A stretch of DNA of 57,778 nucleotides from a virus (Duplodnaviria > Caudoviricetes), in the IMG/VR virus record IMGVR_UViG_3300020125_000357, positions 1 through 57,778 of that record. One strand, given 5' to 3'. A program made the translations under genes and the position numbers. A model generated the notes under the pieces. It had not been told where the DNA came from, ran no database searches, and saw only the letters and a list, made by a program, of their open reading frames with translations. This document shows positions 40,116 through 50,788 of the stretch, piece by piece (the stretch's first letter is position 1; each line of letters begins with the position of its first letter).

Positions 40116-41740
40116 TCCCAAGTAAAATTATTTATCATATAACGATAGAACCTATTTTAACCAATGGTGATCCAGTCAATGGAAAATATTTAACATTAGG
40201 TGGGACACAACGAGTAGATTCTATAGATTTTGAGATATTTGGAACACAACAAAGAACCTTTTTATATGATAATGGCAATCCTGTATATTATTATCCAAAT
40301 GGTATAAATTCAGATAGTATTATTAATTCTTTAGATAATTATAATCCAATAATATTTACACACTTTCATATATCAGGTAATATATTTAACCCTGTTGGAA
40401 GGGTACAATTTGACCTTATTATAAATTCTGGAAATGGTAAAAATTTATTTGCTAGTCCATTCTGTGATTTATTTAGAGCTGGTGATATAATTAGAGTTTA
40501 TTATTTTACTCCTGAATCTCCAGCACTTCAACCATTATTTGTTGGTGAAATTGAAACCCCTATAATTGATTCTGATGGTAATGGAACAACAATAAGTTTT
40601 ACAGCAGGATATTTAACTAATATACTGCAGCGTAGTCAAATGGTACAAACTCAATCTGATCAAGTAATTAATGGACTATTACTTACAAGTATTGCACCAA
40701 CTAATATACAATTTGGTGATTTATTGGATAAATTATTAAATGAAACTTACATAAGTCAAACTATTACAACAACACAATATTTTGGCGGAATTACAGATGG
40801 AATCTCTGAACAAATAGCATCGGGATTACCAAATGTTCATATTCCACAAACTACTAGAGGTAGTGCAATTAATGCTAATTCTTGGGTATTTGCTATCACT
40901 GTACCTACCGGAACTAAATTAGATTGCATATTACAAGTTCTATATCCTTATCAGCGTGTATTTTATGTTGCTCCAAATGGTGATTTTATAATTACTCCAC
41001 TCACTACATTTTTTGATGAAACAGAAAATTGGACAGTTGATTTATTTGGTAATCCTAATGCGATTCCATTGTTAGGAATAAGAACAGAAAGAAATACTGC
41101 TTTACTACAAAATAGGGCTTACTGTACATTCAATCAGTTATTTACTGAATTCAATACATCAAGTCCTAATTCAACACAATCTAATTCTGCTTTTAGTGTA
41201 GCAACTCCTCCCCAAAATTTATTTCCCCGTGCTTATGATTTTGTGCAAAGTACATTGGGATTACAAACTATATTTGATATTGAAACTATTGACCCTAATG
41301 CAATACTGCAAAATAGTGGTATACTTAATACTGCAATTAATATGACAACTGGTGTAACAGGAATGATTTCTGTATTAAATATCGATAATAAAAACTCGAA
41401 CATTGTTAATCCAAACTCTAATCTTGATTGGATCAAATATCTAATGTCATTATATGCTAGTAGAAAATTAGCGGAAAGTTTATTTGAAGATTTAATAGTT
41501 GATATAAATATGTCAACATTATCAACTTATAATACAGAATTAGGTAGATTTAGACAAATTCCATTGAATCAAATGGTAAAGATGCCATCTGTTAATAATA
41601 ATAATTTTGATGGACAACAAGAATTATTTTGTTATGGATTTAATATTGATTGGGGAAATGCTGGCTCAGTGACAACACTTAATCTTTGTAAACCTTATGT
41701 ATTTACTGCATTATGGTGCGATGAGGTACAATCAATATGA
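40112..41740 (+). CDS. Baseplate hub (Mu gp44-like)
   Basis: Synteny; LFVGEIE...FYVAPNGDFII pattern. Confidence 0.65.
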   Translation: MIPSKIIYHITIEPILTNGDPVNGKYLTLGGTQRVDSIDFEIFGTQQRTFLYDNGNPVYYYPNGINSDSIINSLDNYNPIIFTHFHISGNIFNPVGRVQFDLIINSGNGKNLFASPFCDLFRAGDIIRVYYFTPESPALQPLFVGEIETPIIDSDGNGTTISFTAGYLTNILQRSQMVQTQSDQVINGLLLTSIAPTNIQFGDLLDKLLNETYISQTITTTQYFGGITDGISEQIASGLPNVHIPQTTRGSAINANSWVFAITVPTGTKLDCILQVLYPYQRVFYVAPNGDFIITPLTTFFDETENWTVDLFGNPNAIPLLGIRTERNTALLQNRAYCTFNQLFTEFNTSSPNSTQSNSAFSVATPPQNLFPRAYDFVQSTLGLQTIFDIETIDPNAILQNSGILNTAINMTTGVTGMISVLNIDNKNSNIVNPNSNLDWIKYLMSLYASRKLAESLFEDLIVDINMSTLSTYNTELGRFRQIPLNQMVKMPSVNNNNFDGQQELFCYGFNIDWGNAGSVTTLNLCKPYVFTALWCDEVQSI

Positions 41741-42375
41741 GTGCTATTTATAATGGTAAAACATTTGGAGCAACATTAAATTTTACATCAAATGTTGATA
41801 GTCCATATGGTGCAGTAGTAACAAGTGTGAACTATAATACCATTAATGGTTTTGTAAAACCTAATGTACCAATTTTAACTCCATATGGATTTGTTAGTAT
41901 TCCTCCTGATGATGAAAATTGTGCATATATTGGAACTGGTGCTTTTTTAGCAACTGCTATTGCAGGTTATACAAATGCTTTACCGGGAAATAGCAATATA
42001 TCAGATTTAATAAAAGGTGAGGTTAGTTTAATTAGTGCAGGTAATTTTGCTATTAAAGCTAAATTAACTGCATTACAAAGTACATTTACTAATAATGCTG
42101 ATACAACTATAACTACTACATTAGCAATTAGTGAAAATATAGTTTTAATTTTAATAGACATGATGAATGAAATAATTGCTTTAGAAACAGCGGTAAATGC
42201 TATGGTAACTACTTATAATTTACATACTCATCCTGTTACTGGAAGTACTACTACGCCACCAAATCAACCACAAAGTTCATATACTGCAACTAGTAGATTT
42301 ACAAGTGATTATGCTTTTATTAATACTACTCCATCAAAAATGTATATAAATTCTAATGGAGTAGTATTGACATGA
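41737..42375 (+). CDS. Baseplate spike (Mu gp45-like)
   Basis: PYGFVSIPP motif and HTH (NLHTHP) metal-binding tip. Confidence 0.75.
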   Translation: MSAIYNGKTFGATLNFTSNVDSPYGAVVTSVNYNTINGFVKPNVPILTPYGFVSIPPDDENCAYIGTGAFLATAIAGYTNALPGNSNISDLIKGEVSLISAGNFAIKAKLTALQSTFTNNADTTITTTLAISENIVLILIDMMNEIIALETAVNAMVTTYNLHTHPVTGSTTTPPNQPQSSYTATSRFTSDYAFINTTPSKMYINSNGVVLT

Positions 42376-42758
42376 CATTATTAACTACTTTTATTAATGC
42401 AGAAACACAAGATTATGTTGCTCAAGATGGAATATTAATACAAAAGAATGCATTATTAACAGAAGGATATACAAGATCAAATACGCCATTACGTAGTTAT
42501 CAATTTGATCCATTATTTGGTAGTGAATTAATTTTGAAATTAAATACTAGGGTTAAATTAACATCAACACAAATTACAATTATGCAAAATAATGCATTAC
42601 AACCAATAAAAGATCAAGGCAGAGCATTGGCTATATATACACAAGTTCCTACTATTACAAATAATATGATTTTTTTAGAATCATTTATTACTGATACAAA
42701 TGGGGTCACATATAGATTACCATTAAATTTTATAAGGGGAGGATTAAATGCCACCTAA
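42372..42758 (+). CDS. Baseplate wedge (gp46/gp25-like)
   Basis: DPLFGSEL...ALQPIKDQGRA motif. Confidence 0.7.
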   Translation: MTLLTTFINAETQDYVAQDGILIQKNALLTEGYTRSNTPLRSYQFDPLFGSELILKLNTRVKLTSTQITIMQNNALQPIKDQGRALAIYTQVPTITNNMIFLESFITDTNGVTYRLPLNFIRGGLNAT

Positions 42759-44181
42759 CATAATACCTCAAAGTCAAACGCAGTTAGCATCTTTATTTTA
42801 TAATTCAATAACTTCATTGAATCCAAATTTAGTGCCTTCTATACCTGGAGGAGATTTTTATTTTACTGCTAATGCTACTACTCAAGTGAATGCGGCTGTA
42901 ATTCAAGATATTCAATTAGTTTATAATGATATATTTCCCGCAAGTTCTAGTGGAGTTTCATTAGATAAACATGCCGCTGCATTGGGAATGACACCTAGAA
43001 TGGGAGCTTTACCATCATTAGGAACTGTTACATTAGTTTCATCCGGAAGTTCATCAGCTAGTTATACTATAACAGCAGGTACATTATTACAAAGTAATGT
43101 AACCAATAATCAATATCAAACAACTGAAGATGTGATTATTCCAATATCAACTGTTTTAAATACTGTAACTTTGCCAATAGCTTCAATATTATTGGGCACT
43201 GGCACAGAAAGTCCAGGTGGTGATGTTCTAACATTTGCTACACCATTTACTATACCAACTGCTCATTTAATTAGTGAAGCCACTGTTACAGGTAATATGC
43301 TTGCAGGATCTAATATAGAAGATGATCAACAATTTGCTTTGAGAATATTTAATTTTGCGCAAAATCCTAGAGGAGGCGGTAGTCCGGGTGATTATATTGC
43401 TTGGTGTTTTTTAGGTTCACCTAATGTAACACAGGCTACAATTATTCAAACCAATAGTATTGGTAATAATAATATTTTATTTCCTATAGTACTATCTGGG
43501 AATTCTAATAATAATTATTATGTTGATGGAAATATTAGTAATGGATTTGCACAAACACCTGCACCTATTAATAGAACTACGACAAGTCAAGATATAGCAA
43601 GTGTACAAGCTTACATAGATGGTGTAAAACCAGAAAATGATAATCCCTTTGTACTCACTGTTGCTACATATGAATTTAGTAATAGTATGCCATCAGCTAG
43701 AGTAGTCAATACTACAGTTACTGGAACTTATTTTCATATTAATGTATCATTAAGTCCGGGTTTAACTTTATCTACCCAATTGACTTTACCAGATTTACCG
43801 TCTCCTGGCTATATTACTGTTGAAAATTTAATAAAACGAGAATTTAGACGGGGTATTTTGACTTCTCCACTAGGTGGAACTTCTATTATATTAAATCCTG
43901 ATCCAGCTAACCAATTTTTAGTAATTAGTGATATTGAAGATGTGATGTTGCAAGGATTAGCTAATACACCTAATTTACAGGGTAATTTTGCATCCGTTTT
44001 AATTGCTTTACAAATAACATATTTTCCTGGTGGGTTAACTAATCCAACACCTGGTTATATAGCTGTACCAAGTCTTCAATCATCTACAATATTTAAAATT
44101 GTAAGTAGTACTTGGGAAGCATATTTAGTTTATGATGTAGATTATACAATTTTAACCGTTATAGATAATAGTCAACCATAA
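42748..44181 (+). CDS. Baseplate J-like protein (gp47)
   Basis: FPASSSGVSLDKHA, GSNIEDD..RI..NPRGGGSPGDY motifs. Confidence 0.85.
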   Translation: MPPNIIPQSQTQLASLFYNSITSLNPNLVPSIPGGDFYFTANATTQVNAAVIQDIQLVYNDIFPASSSGVSLDKHAAALGMTPRMGALPSLGTVTLVSSGSSSASYTITAGTLLQSNVTNNQYQTTEDVIIPISTVLNTVTLPIASILLGTGTESPGGDVLTFATPFTIPTAHLISEATVTGNMLAGSNIEDDQQFALRIFNFAQNPRGGGSPGDYIAWCFLGSPNVTQATIIQTNSIGNNNILFPIVLSGNSNNNYYVDGNISNGFAQTPAPINRTTTSQDIASVQAYIDGVKPENDNPFVLTVATYEFSNSMPSARVVNTTVTGTYFHINVSLSPGLTLSTQLTLPDLPSPGYITVENLIKREFRRGILTSPLGGTSIILNPDPANQFLVISDIEDVMLQGLANTPNLQGNFASVLIALQITYFPGGLTNPTPGYIAVPSLQSSTIFKIVSSTWEAYLVYDVDYTILTVIDNSQP

Positions 44182-45653
44182 TGAACAAATTAGTTTTTTA
44201 TTTATTTCCAAACCCTGCTTATATAGGACAATATTCCATATTTCAAATTGGATGGATTGATGGAGATGGAGTTTTAACAAATGTGACATTAGATTGTACA
44301 ATTGAAATTATCTATCCTAAAAGTGGTGCTACAATTTTTACTCCTGATATACCTACTAAAACAGGAGCTTTAACAGTTACAGGAACGGCTCAGAATATAA
44401 CCTTATATCTAAAAGTTACATATAGTACAAATCCATCTCAATACTTTTCATTTTGTTTTGTACAACCATCACCAATAATTGATTATGCAATTTTATATAG
44501 AAATTATAGAAGTTATTTACCTAAAAATGTATATACTGAAAAACAATTTACCTTATTGACAGATGGTACAAAGGTTTATGATATAAATGTTTATCTTAAA
44601 GTAAATGCTATTGTAACTACAACATTACAATTATATGATAATTCACTCTTAAAAGATTTTTTAGCTAATTCAGAAACTCCAGCATTTATAGATTTAAATA
44701 CTACAGCAGCGTCCATTTACCCGTCAAGTGGTAATCCTGCATGGGAACAATTTTTAACTGGAACTAATCAACTATATCTACAAAAGACTGGTGGTTTTGT
44801 TACAGATTATAATAGTTTATTAACTTTAATTTATCAAACAACTATTAATAATAATACAAATGCTTATTTTCAAGCTTTAAATATTTCTAAGTATATTTAT
44901 TTTAGATTAGGGGTTCAAAAATTTGTATTAATTGGGGAAGATAATGTAAATATTCCAGGAGCTTTTGTATTAAATATTAATTCATTAGGACAATCAATTT
45001 TTAATAATGGTAGTAATTTTCCTGGAGTAAATAGTTTTACCATTTCAGTATTTATTTTAGTAGATTTTGTTACATTATCTCCCGAATTTCAATTAGAATT
45101 AAATGATTTTATTAGACGAATAACTAGAGCTAGTATGTTAGTTAATGTTTATTATACATATAGTGCCGCAGATTTAGGATTAACTTATATAGCTGATACT
45201 TATTGGAAAGATCCTAGACAACAAGGAGTTGCTTGTATAGCTTATAATCCAAATATATTAGCACAAGCTTTAGGCTATGCTGGTCCAACAAAAGATTTTA
45301 ATTTGGTAAGTTATACATTAACTGTAACAGATAATTTTGGTAATACTATGGATTTAGTTGCTTCTACTCCTGGATTACCAGTACCCAATAATTTTTTATT
45401 AGCTAATTCGCCATATACAGTTACAGCAATTACTACTGATCCAGTTATACCACTTATAAATTTAGCTGCTTATATGCAATATTATGCTAATAATTATTCA
45501 TTATTATGGAATCAGTATTATCCATTTTCAGATTTATTGACACCATCATATAATGGAACAAATGAAATATTAACTTTAAACAATACTGGTAATTTAATTT
45601 TAAATACTTATTTGGGTAATATTCCCAATAGTTATCTCATAAATATTTCATAA
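44181..45653 (+). CDS. Baseplate wedge gp48-like / structural protein
   Basis: Synteny after J; YLPKNVY motif. Confidence 0.5.
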   Translation: MNKLVFYLFPNPAYIGQYSIFQIGWIDGDGVLTNVTLDCTIEIIYPKSGATIFTPDIPTKTGALTVTGTAQNITLYLKVTYSTNPSQYFSFCFVQPSPIIDYAILYRNYRSYLPKNVYTEKQFTLLTDGTKVYDINVYLKVNAIVTTTLQLYDNSLLKDFLANSETPAFIDLNTTAASIYPSSGNPAWEQFLTGTNQLYLQKTGGFVTDYNSLLTLIYQTTINNNTNAYFQALNISKYIYFRLGVQKFVLIGEDNVNIPGAFVLNINSLGQSIFNNGSNFPGVNSFTISVFILVDFVTLSPEFQLELNDFIRRITRASMLVNVYYTYSAADLGLTYIADTYWKDPRQQGVACIAYNPNILAQALGYAGPTKDFNLVSYTLTVTDNFGNTMDLVASTPGLPVPNNFLLANSPYTVTAITTDPVIPLINLAAYMQYYANNYSLLWNQYYPFSDLLTPSYNGTNEILTLNNTGNLILNTYLGNIPNSYLINIS

Positions 45654-45688
45654 TTTATGAAATATATTTTACTAATAGAAGGAATATA

Positions 45689-46942
45689 ATGAGTAATTTT
45701 GTAATTCAAGGTTATGCTAATCTTGAGAATGTAAATGCTAATAATATGGACTTATTTTATGCAACAATGTCTGCACAATTAAGTACATTTTTTCCAATTT
45801 TATCTCCGGCAGCAGGTTCAATATGTAATGGTATAGGTAATATTGTTAATAGATATGGACAAGTTGGTACAAGTAATGTATTTGATTTTACAAATGGTTC
45901 AATTAGATTTTTAGATCAAGTAACAAATTTAACAACTGATATTTCAATTAAACCATGTTATGCAAATTATACTGCTGCTTCCGTAACAGTTACATGCCCA
46001 ATATCTGTGACTCAATATTACGTAGTAGCTGTGCTAAGTTTTAATACACCTACAGACCCATTTACAACTTCGACTAGTGTAACTATTTCACCAACAGCAA
46101 TGACATTGGCACAAATTGCTGCACAAACTACACCATCATTATATAATCCAATATTTGCAATTACAACAACCGATGGAGTAATTTATACAATTCATCTTGA
46201 TAATAATTGTGCATTTAATTATGGCTATATCCTAGGTAATCCATTTCCTGATATCATAGATGCAGGAGGATTAGTTAGTATCATAGGATCAGCAGGCTTA
46301 TTTGTAGAAAATCATGTAGCATGTAATATTACATTAAATGTAGGTTCTGATACGGATATTGGCGGTACATTAACGGTGGGGGGGACTTTTCTTTTTGATA
46401 GTAGTGGGCAATTTTCGGATGGAATAAAAGTTCTTGGATTAGCTAGTACTTTTTATATAGCAGCAGCCAGAGGCGGACTTGCTATTTTTGCTAACTCTAG
46501 CACTGAAGCATATTTAGGATCAAATAATACAAGTACTGGAGGTTATAATGGTCTTATTTTTGATGATACACTTGGTAGACCACGATTAAGTACCCCGGCT
46601 ACTGCGATTACTAATACTGGTGAACTTGCATGTATCGCTGATATTCCTCTCCCCGGAAGTAATGCGGATGGATATTTTGTTCGATATACAGATGGTTTAA
46701 TAGAGCAGCGGGGAACAGCAACAATAGCAGCAGGAAATGCTACTGTAACGGCAACCCTTCCAATAACAGTAACAAATATACCCAGTAATACAGTTTTAGC
46801 TACAGTCGGTGAATTAACAGGAGGAAATGTATTAACACCAATTGGTAATGCATTTTTATCAAGTTCGTCTACAATACAAATAAGCGTCACTGCAAATTTC
46901 ACCAACTCTCAATCAGTTTTTTGGTCTGTTACTGGATATTAA
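45689..46942 (+). CDS. Tail fibre protein
   Basis: C-terminal GYFVRYTDGLIEQRG...FWSVTGY domain common in tail fibres. Confidence 0.75.
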   Translation: MSNFVIQGYANLENVNANNMDLFYATMSAQLSTFFPILSPAAGSICNGIGNIVNRYGQVGTSNVFDFTNGSIRFLDQVTNLTTDISIKPCYANYTAASVTVTCPISVTQYYVVAVLSFNTPTDPFTTSTSVTISPTAMTLAQIAAQTTPSLYNPIFAITTTDGVIYTIHLDNNCAFNYGYILGNPFPDIIDAGGLVSIIGSAGLFVENHVACNITLNVGSDTDIGGTLTVGGTFLFDSSGQFSDGIKVLGLASTFYIAAARGGLAIFANSSTEAYLGSNNTSTGGYNGLIFDDTLGRPRLSTPATAITNTGELACIADIPLPGSNADGYFVRYTDGLIEQRGTATIAAGNATVTATLPITVTNIPSNTVLATVGELTGGNVLTPIGNAFLSSSSTIQISVTANFTNSQSVFWSVTGY

Positions 46943-46958
46943 TTTCACATCATAAATT

Positions 46959-46984
46959 AAAGCTCAATTTTATATTGAGCTTTT
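46959..46984 (+). terminator. Intrinsic terminator
   Basis: AAAGCTCAA-TTTTATA-TTGAGCTTTT. Confidence 0.7.
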
Positions 46985-47019
46985 GTCCACGAGTTTTATA
47001 GAAAAATTTGCTACAATTC
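46982..47019 (+). repeat. 38-bp exact direct repeat copy 2 (candidate late promoter)
   Basis: Identical to 28835-28872; directly upstream of the RBS for 47047. Confidence 0.8.
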
Positions 47020-47046
47020 CTAAAAATAATTTATTAGGAATATATT

Positions 47047-48285
47047 ATGAATTTTTCTTTAATTCCGAATTATCAAAACACATGGGATAATACTCGCCAA
47101 TATGCAGTTCAATTATTATTTGGAACTGAACCATTAACTTATATAACGCCAGCAGTTGTATATAATGGCAATTTATATATTGCAAATTATACTGATGGTG
47201 AAAATCCTCCAGTAGGTGTGAATCCAGATACAAGTCCATTATGGACTTTATTTTCTACACAAAGTGGAGGAGGGGTTGCATTTGAAGCTATTGCTATAGC
47301 AACAGCAAATATAACTATTGCAAGTCCTGGTGATACTGATTGGGATGGAGTAACACCAACTATTGGAGATTCAGTATTTTTATTACCTGTAGCTTCTGGC
47401 GGTAACCAAACTACTGCTTCAGAAGGTGGATTATATACTTATAATGGTCCTGCAGTTCCATTGACTCGTTATGTTGGTATGGATACATGGCCAGAGGTTG
47501 TGGGAAGTAGAGTCTTTATCAATGCAGGAGGTTCGACTTTTGGAAATACAGCATGGTTAAATACTAATAGTTTAGGCGGAACACTTGATGTTACACCTAT
47601 TACTTATATACAAACACAAAATACATATGTAGCTGGTACAAATATGGTATTAGTTGGTAATGTATTTTCTACATCTTTAGTACCTTCATTTACTAGTGAA
47701 GCTTTAACAGATGATACAAATTTTTTATTAACTGGTACAACTAACACGATGACATGGACAATGGCATCATTAACTAGTCCTCGTACTTTTACATTACCAG
47801 ATGCAAATAGTAACCCAATACGACCTATAACTGCTACTCCAGGAAGTGCGGTCCAATTTATTGATAATACTGGTTTACAAAATCTAATGGTAATAATAAA
47901 TCAAGTTTTAACTGGTTTTACACCTACTGTAGGTACTGTAACTGCTGCAGATACAATTTTACAAGCAATAGAAAAATTAGCTGCTACTACTTCTTCTGGA
48001 TATAGTGTTGTTCATGATACCGTTAATCATCAATTTTTGGCTTCCCAAATTACTGTAATTATGGATTCTGATGCCAAAACTGGTACATTACCAGCGGCAG
48101 ATGGAACTGGTGTTATCCCAGGTGTAACTTATACATTAAAATTAGGAACAGGCGCTACTACAGGTACATTAGCTGTACCCCTTGGACAATCATTGAATGG
48201 CGTACTTAATGGTACATTTGCCATTAGTGGTGCTGATAATTCTGCAAGTGCTCAATCTGATGCAACAGGATGGTATACTGTTTAA
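47047..48285 (+). CDS. Fibre/adhesin protein 1
   Basis: CBM-like N-terminal VVYNGNLY...W, DGVTPTIGDSV...NQTTASEGGLY domain; C-terminal half paralogous to 48305. Confidence 0.7.
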   Translation: MNFSLIPNYQNTWDNTRQYAVQLLFGTEPLTYITPAVVYNGNLYIANYTDGENPPVGVNPDTSPLWTLFSTQSGGGVAFEAIAIATANITIASPGDTDWDGVTPTIGDSVFLLPVASGGNQTTASEGGLYTYNGPAVPLTRYVGMDTWPEVVGSRVFINAGGSTFGNTAWLNTNSLGGTLDVTPITYIQTQNTYVAGTNMVLVGNVFSTSLVPSFTSEALTDDTNFLLTGTTNTMTWTMASLTSPRTFTLPDANSNPIRPITATPGSAVQFIDNTGLQNLMVIINQVLTGFTPTVGTVTAADTILQAIEKLAATTSSGYSVVHDTVNHQFLASQITVIMDSDAKTGTLPAADGTGVIPGVTYTLKLGTGATTGTLAVPLGQSLNGVLNGTFAISGADNSASAQSDATGWYTV

Positions 48286-48304
48286 GAATTTAAAAGGATA
48301 AATC

Positions 48305-50788
48305 ATGGATTACGGAGAAAAATTTGCTCCTGGTGGAGTATTTGGTATTGATAATGATGGTTTTGCTAATCCAATTTATTTAGGACCTGGCACTATTACT
48401 ACAACTGTATTTGGTTACTTAGCTGGTACCACTTCAAATATTCAAGCTCAGATTAATGCGGTTGCATCCGGTAGATCATTTAGAGGTGGATATGATGCAT
48501 CAAGTAATTTATTTCCATCTACTGGGGGCAGTGGAGGAGGAGGTGCAATAAATGCTGGAGATCAATGGATTATTACGGTACAGGGAGTCTTAGGCGGAAT
48601 AACTGCCGTTATAGGTACTACAATTACCGCATTAGTAAATGTTCCTGGTCAAACTGCTGGGAATTGGAATGTCCCTCAAAATCAAGTAACCTCAGTATTT
48701 GGTAGAATGGGGGCTATTATAGCTCAAACAGGAGACTATACTGTATCTCAAGTAACTGGTGCTGCACCAATTGCAAGCCCTACTTTTACAGGAACTGTTA
48801 CCTCTCCAGTATTGAATTTAACTAACAATACAAATCAATTGGTATTAGGTACAACAAATACCATGACCTTTACAATGGCAAGTTTAACAGGTTCTCATAT
48901 CTTTACGTTGCCTAATGCAGACAGTAATTCTATTATTCCTAGTTCGGCCCCAAGTAATCAATTTGCTACGGGGATAAGTTCAGGAGGAGTTGTTAGTTAT
49001 GCACAGCCAGCTTTTAGTAATATAAGCGGAATTGCTGGCATTTCTCAAGGGGGAACTGGACAATCAACGGCTAACACTGCATTTAATGCCCTTGCTCCTT
49101 CCCAAACTGGTAATATTAATTATTTCTTACAAACCGACGGCTCCAATACAAGCTGGCAACCGTTAGGTTCTTTTGGAGTAACGAGTTTTAATACTAGAGT
49201 TGGAGATGTAGTACCACTTACTGATGATTATACAGTTTCACAGGTCACAGGCGCAGCACCTTTAGCTAGTCCAGCTTTTACTGGAACTCCAACAGCCCCA
49301 ACACAAACCCAAGGCGATGGTAGCACTAAATTAGCTACAACTAATTATGTAGATATTGGTTTGGCAACTAAGCAACCAACAATTACAGTATTGCCAATTG
49401 CAAATGGGGGAACAGGACAGAGTACAGCCAATAACGCATTAAATGCATTATTGCCATCTCAAACGGGAAATGCCAATAAAGTGTTTACTACAAATGGTAC
49501 TAACTCTAGCTGGACAAATCTTAGTACTTTAGGAGTAAGTAGTTTTAATACTAGAACAGGCGCAGTAACTTCACAAACGGGAGATTATTCATTTTCACAA
49601 ATTAGTGGTACTGCTTCTGTAACACAGGGTGGAACAGGTATAACTAGTTATAATACGGGTGATTTAATTTATGCGTCTGCAAATACTGTTTTAAGTACAA
49701 TAGCTGCATCTGCGGCAGGGCAAGTATTTGTTTCGAATGGATTAGGAATAGTACCTGGTTTTACTCCTAATCCATCTGTTGGACAAATAACTTTATATAA
49801 CAATACAAGTCAATTAATATTAGGCACAACAAATACAACTACATTTACTATGGCAAGCTTAACGGGCTCTCGTATTGTAACATTACCCGATGCAAATAGT
49901 AATACTGTAGTACCAAGTTCAGGCACAGCAAATCAATTTGCCAAAGGAATAAGTGCAGCGGGGGTTATTACCTATGCGCAACCAGCTTTTAGTAATCTTA
50001 CTGGATTTGCAAGTGTGGCTCAAGGTGGAACTGGTATAACCAGTTATAGTACAGGAGATTTATTAACCGCTTCTAATTCAAGTACTTTAATTGCAATTAG
50101 TTCTACTGCCTCGGGAAAAGTATTAACTTCTAGGGGAGTTGGCGTACCTCCTGCATATTCTTCAAGTCCTACTGTATCATCAATAATCTTAACCAATAAT
50201 ACAAACCAAGTGGTATTAGGTACTACAAATACAACCACTATTACGATGGCATCTTTGGGTGCGTCACGTGTTGTAACACTGCCGGATGCAAATAGTAATA
50301 CTGTACGACCTACAACCTCAAGTGCTGGGCAAGCGGTAGGATATATTGATAGCGATGGTAATCAAAATATGATTACAGTTACTTCTCAAGCATTAACGGG
50401 ATTAAGCCAAGGTGTCGGAACAATAACTGCAAGTGATACTATACTATCTGCAATTGGAAAATTATCAGGTACACAAAATGGTAATTCTACCGCTGTAACA
50501 ACAGCTACTAGTGTGTCTATAACTCAATATCAAAAATTTGTAAGAGTTACCGCTACGGGACAAACTATAACATTACCTAGTGCATCTTCTATATTTTTAA
50601 CACCGGGGGATATTGTTGTGATTATTTTTCCAACAGCCGTAGTCAGTCCTGGAACAATAGCGGTCCATTCTGGTGATTCTTTAAATGGAACCGTTAACGG
50701 TACATTTGCTGTACCTGCTGTTGTAACTGGTAATAGTCCATGTAGAGTTGCATGGCAAGATCCGAGTTCAGGTTGGTTTACGTGCTAA
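48305..50788 (+). CDS. Fibre/adhesin protein 2 with internal repeats
   Basis: Repeated VTSF/V-R-G..DY, QGGTG and LGTTNT...MASL...TLP-A-SN units. Confidence 0.75.
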   Translation: MDYGEKFAPGGVFGIDNDGFANPIYLGPGTITTTVFGYLAGTTSNIQAQINAVASGRSFRGGYDASSNLFPSTGGSGGGGAINAGDQWIITVQGVLGGITAVIGTTITALVNVPGQTAGNWNVPQNQVTSVFGRMGAIIAQTGDYTVSQVTGAAPIASPTFTGTVTSPVLNLTNNTNQLVLGTTNTMTFTMASLTGSHIFTLPNADSNSIIPSSAPSNQFATGISSGGVVSYAQPAFSNISGIAGISQGGTGQSTANTAFNALAPSQTGNINYFLQTDGSNTSWQPLGSFGVTSFNTRVGDVVPLTDDYTVSQVTGAAPLASPAFTGTPTAPTQTQGDGSTKLATTNYVDIGLATKQPTITVLPIANGGTGQSTANNALNALLPSQTGNANKVFTTNGTNSSWTNLSTLGVSSFNTRTGAVTSQTGDYSFSQISGTASVTQGGTGITSYNTGDLIYASANTVLSTIAASAAGQVFVSNGLGIVPGFTPNPSVGQITLYNNTSQLILGTTNTTTFTMASLTGSRIVTLPDANSNTVVPSSGTANQFAKGISAAGVITYAQPAFSNLTGFASVAQGGTGITSYSTGDLLTASNSSTLIAISSTASGKVLTSRGVGVPPAYSSSPTVSSIILTNNTNQVVLGTTNTTTITMASLGASRVVTLPDANSNTVRPTTSSAGQAVGYIDSDGNQNMITVTSQALTGLSQGVGTITASDTILSAIGKLSGTQNGNSTAVTTATSVSITQYQKFVRVTATGQTITLPSASSIFLTPGDIVVIIFPTAVVSPGTIAVHSGDSLNGTVNGTFAVPAVVTGNSPCRVAWQDPSSGWFTC

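Noticed and set aside
24831-50238. Short minus-strand ORFs within the structural operon (e.g. 24831, 27186, 28988, 31427, 32683, 41233, 46543, 50044)
   Set aside because: Shadow ORFs antisense to well-supported genes, with no recognisable motifs
47047-50788. Diversity-generating retroelement TR/VR pair
   Set aside because: No reverse transcriptase; repeats differ at all base types, not only adenines
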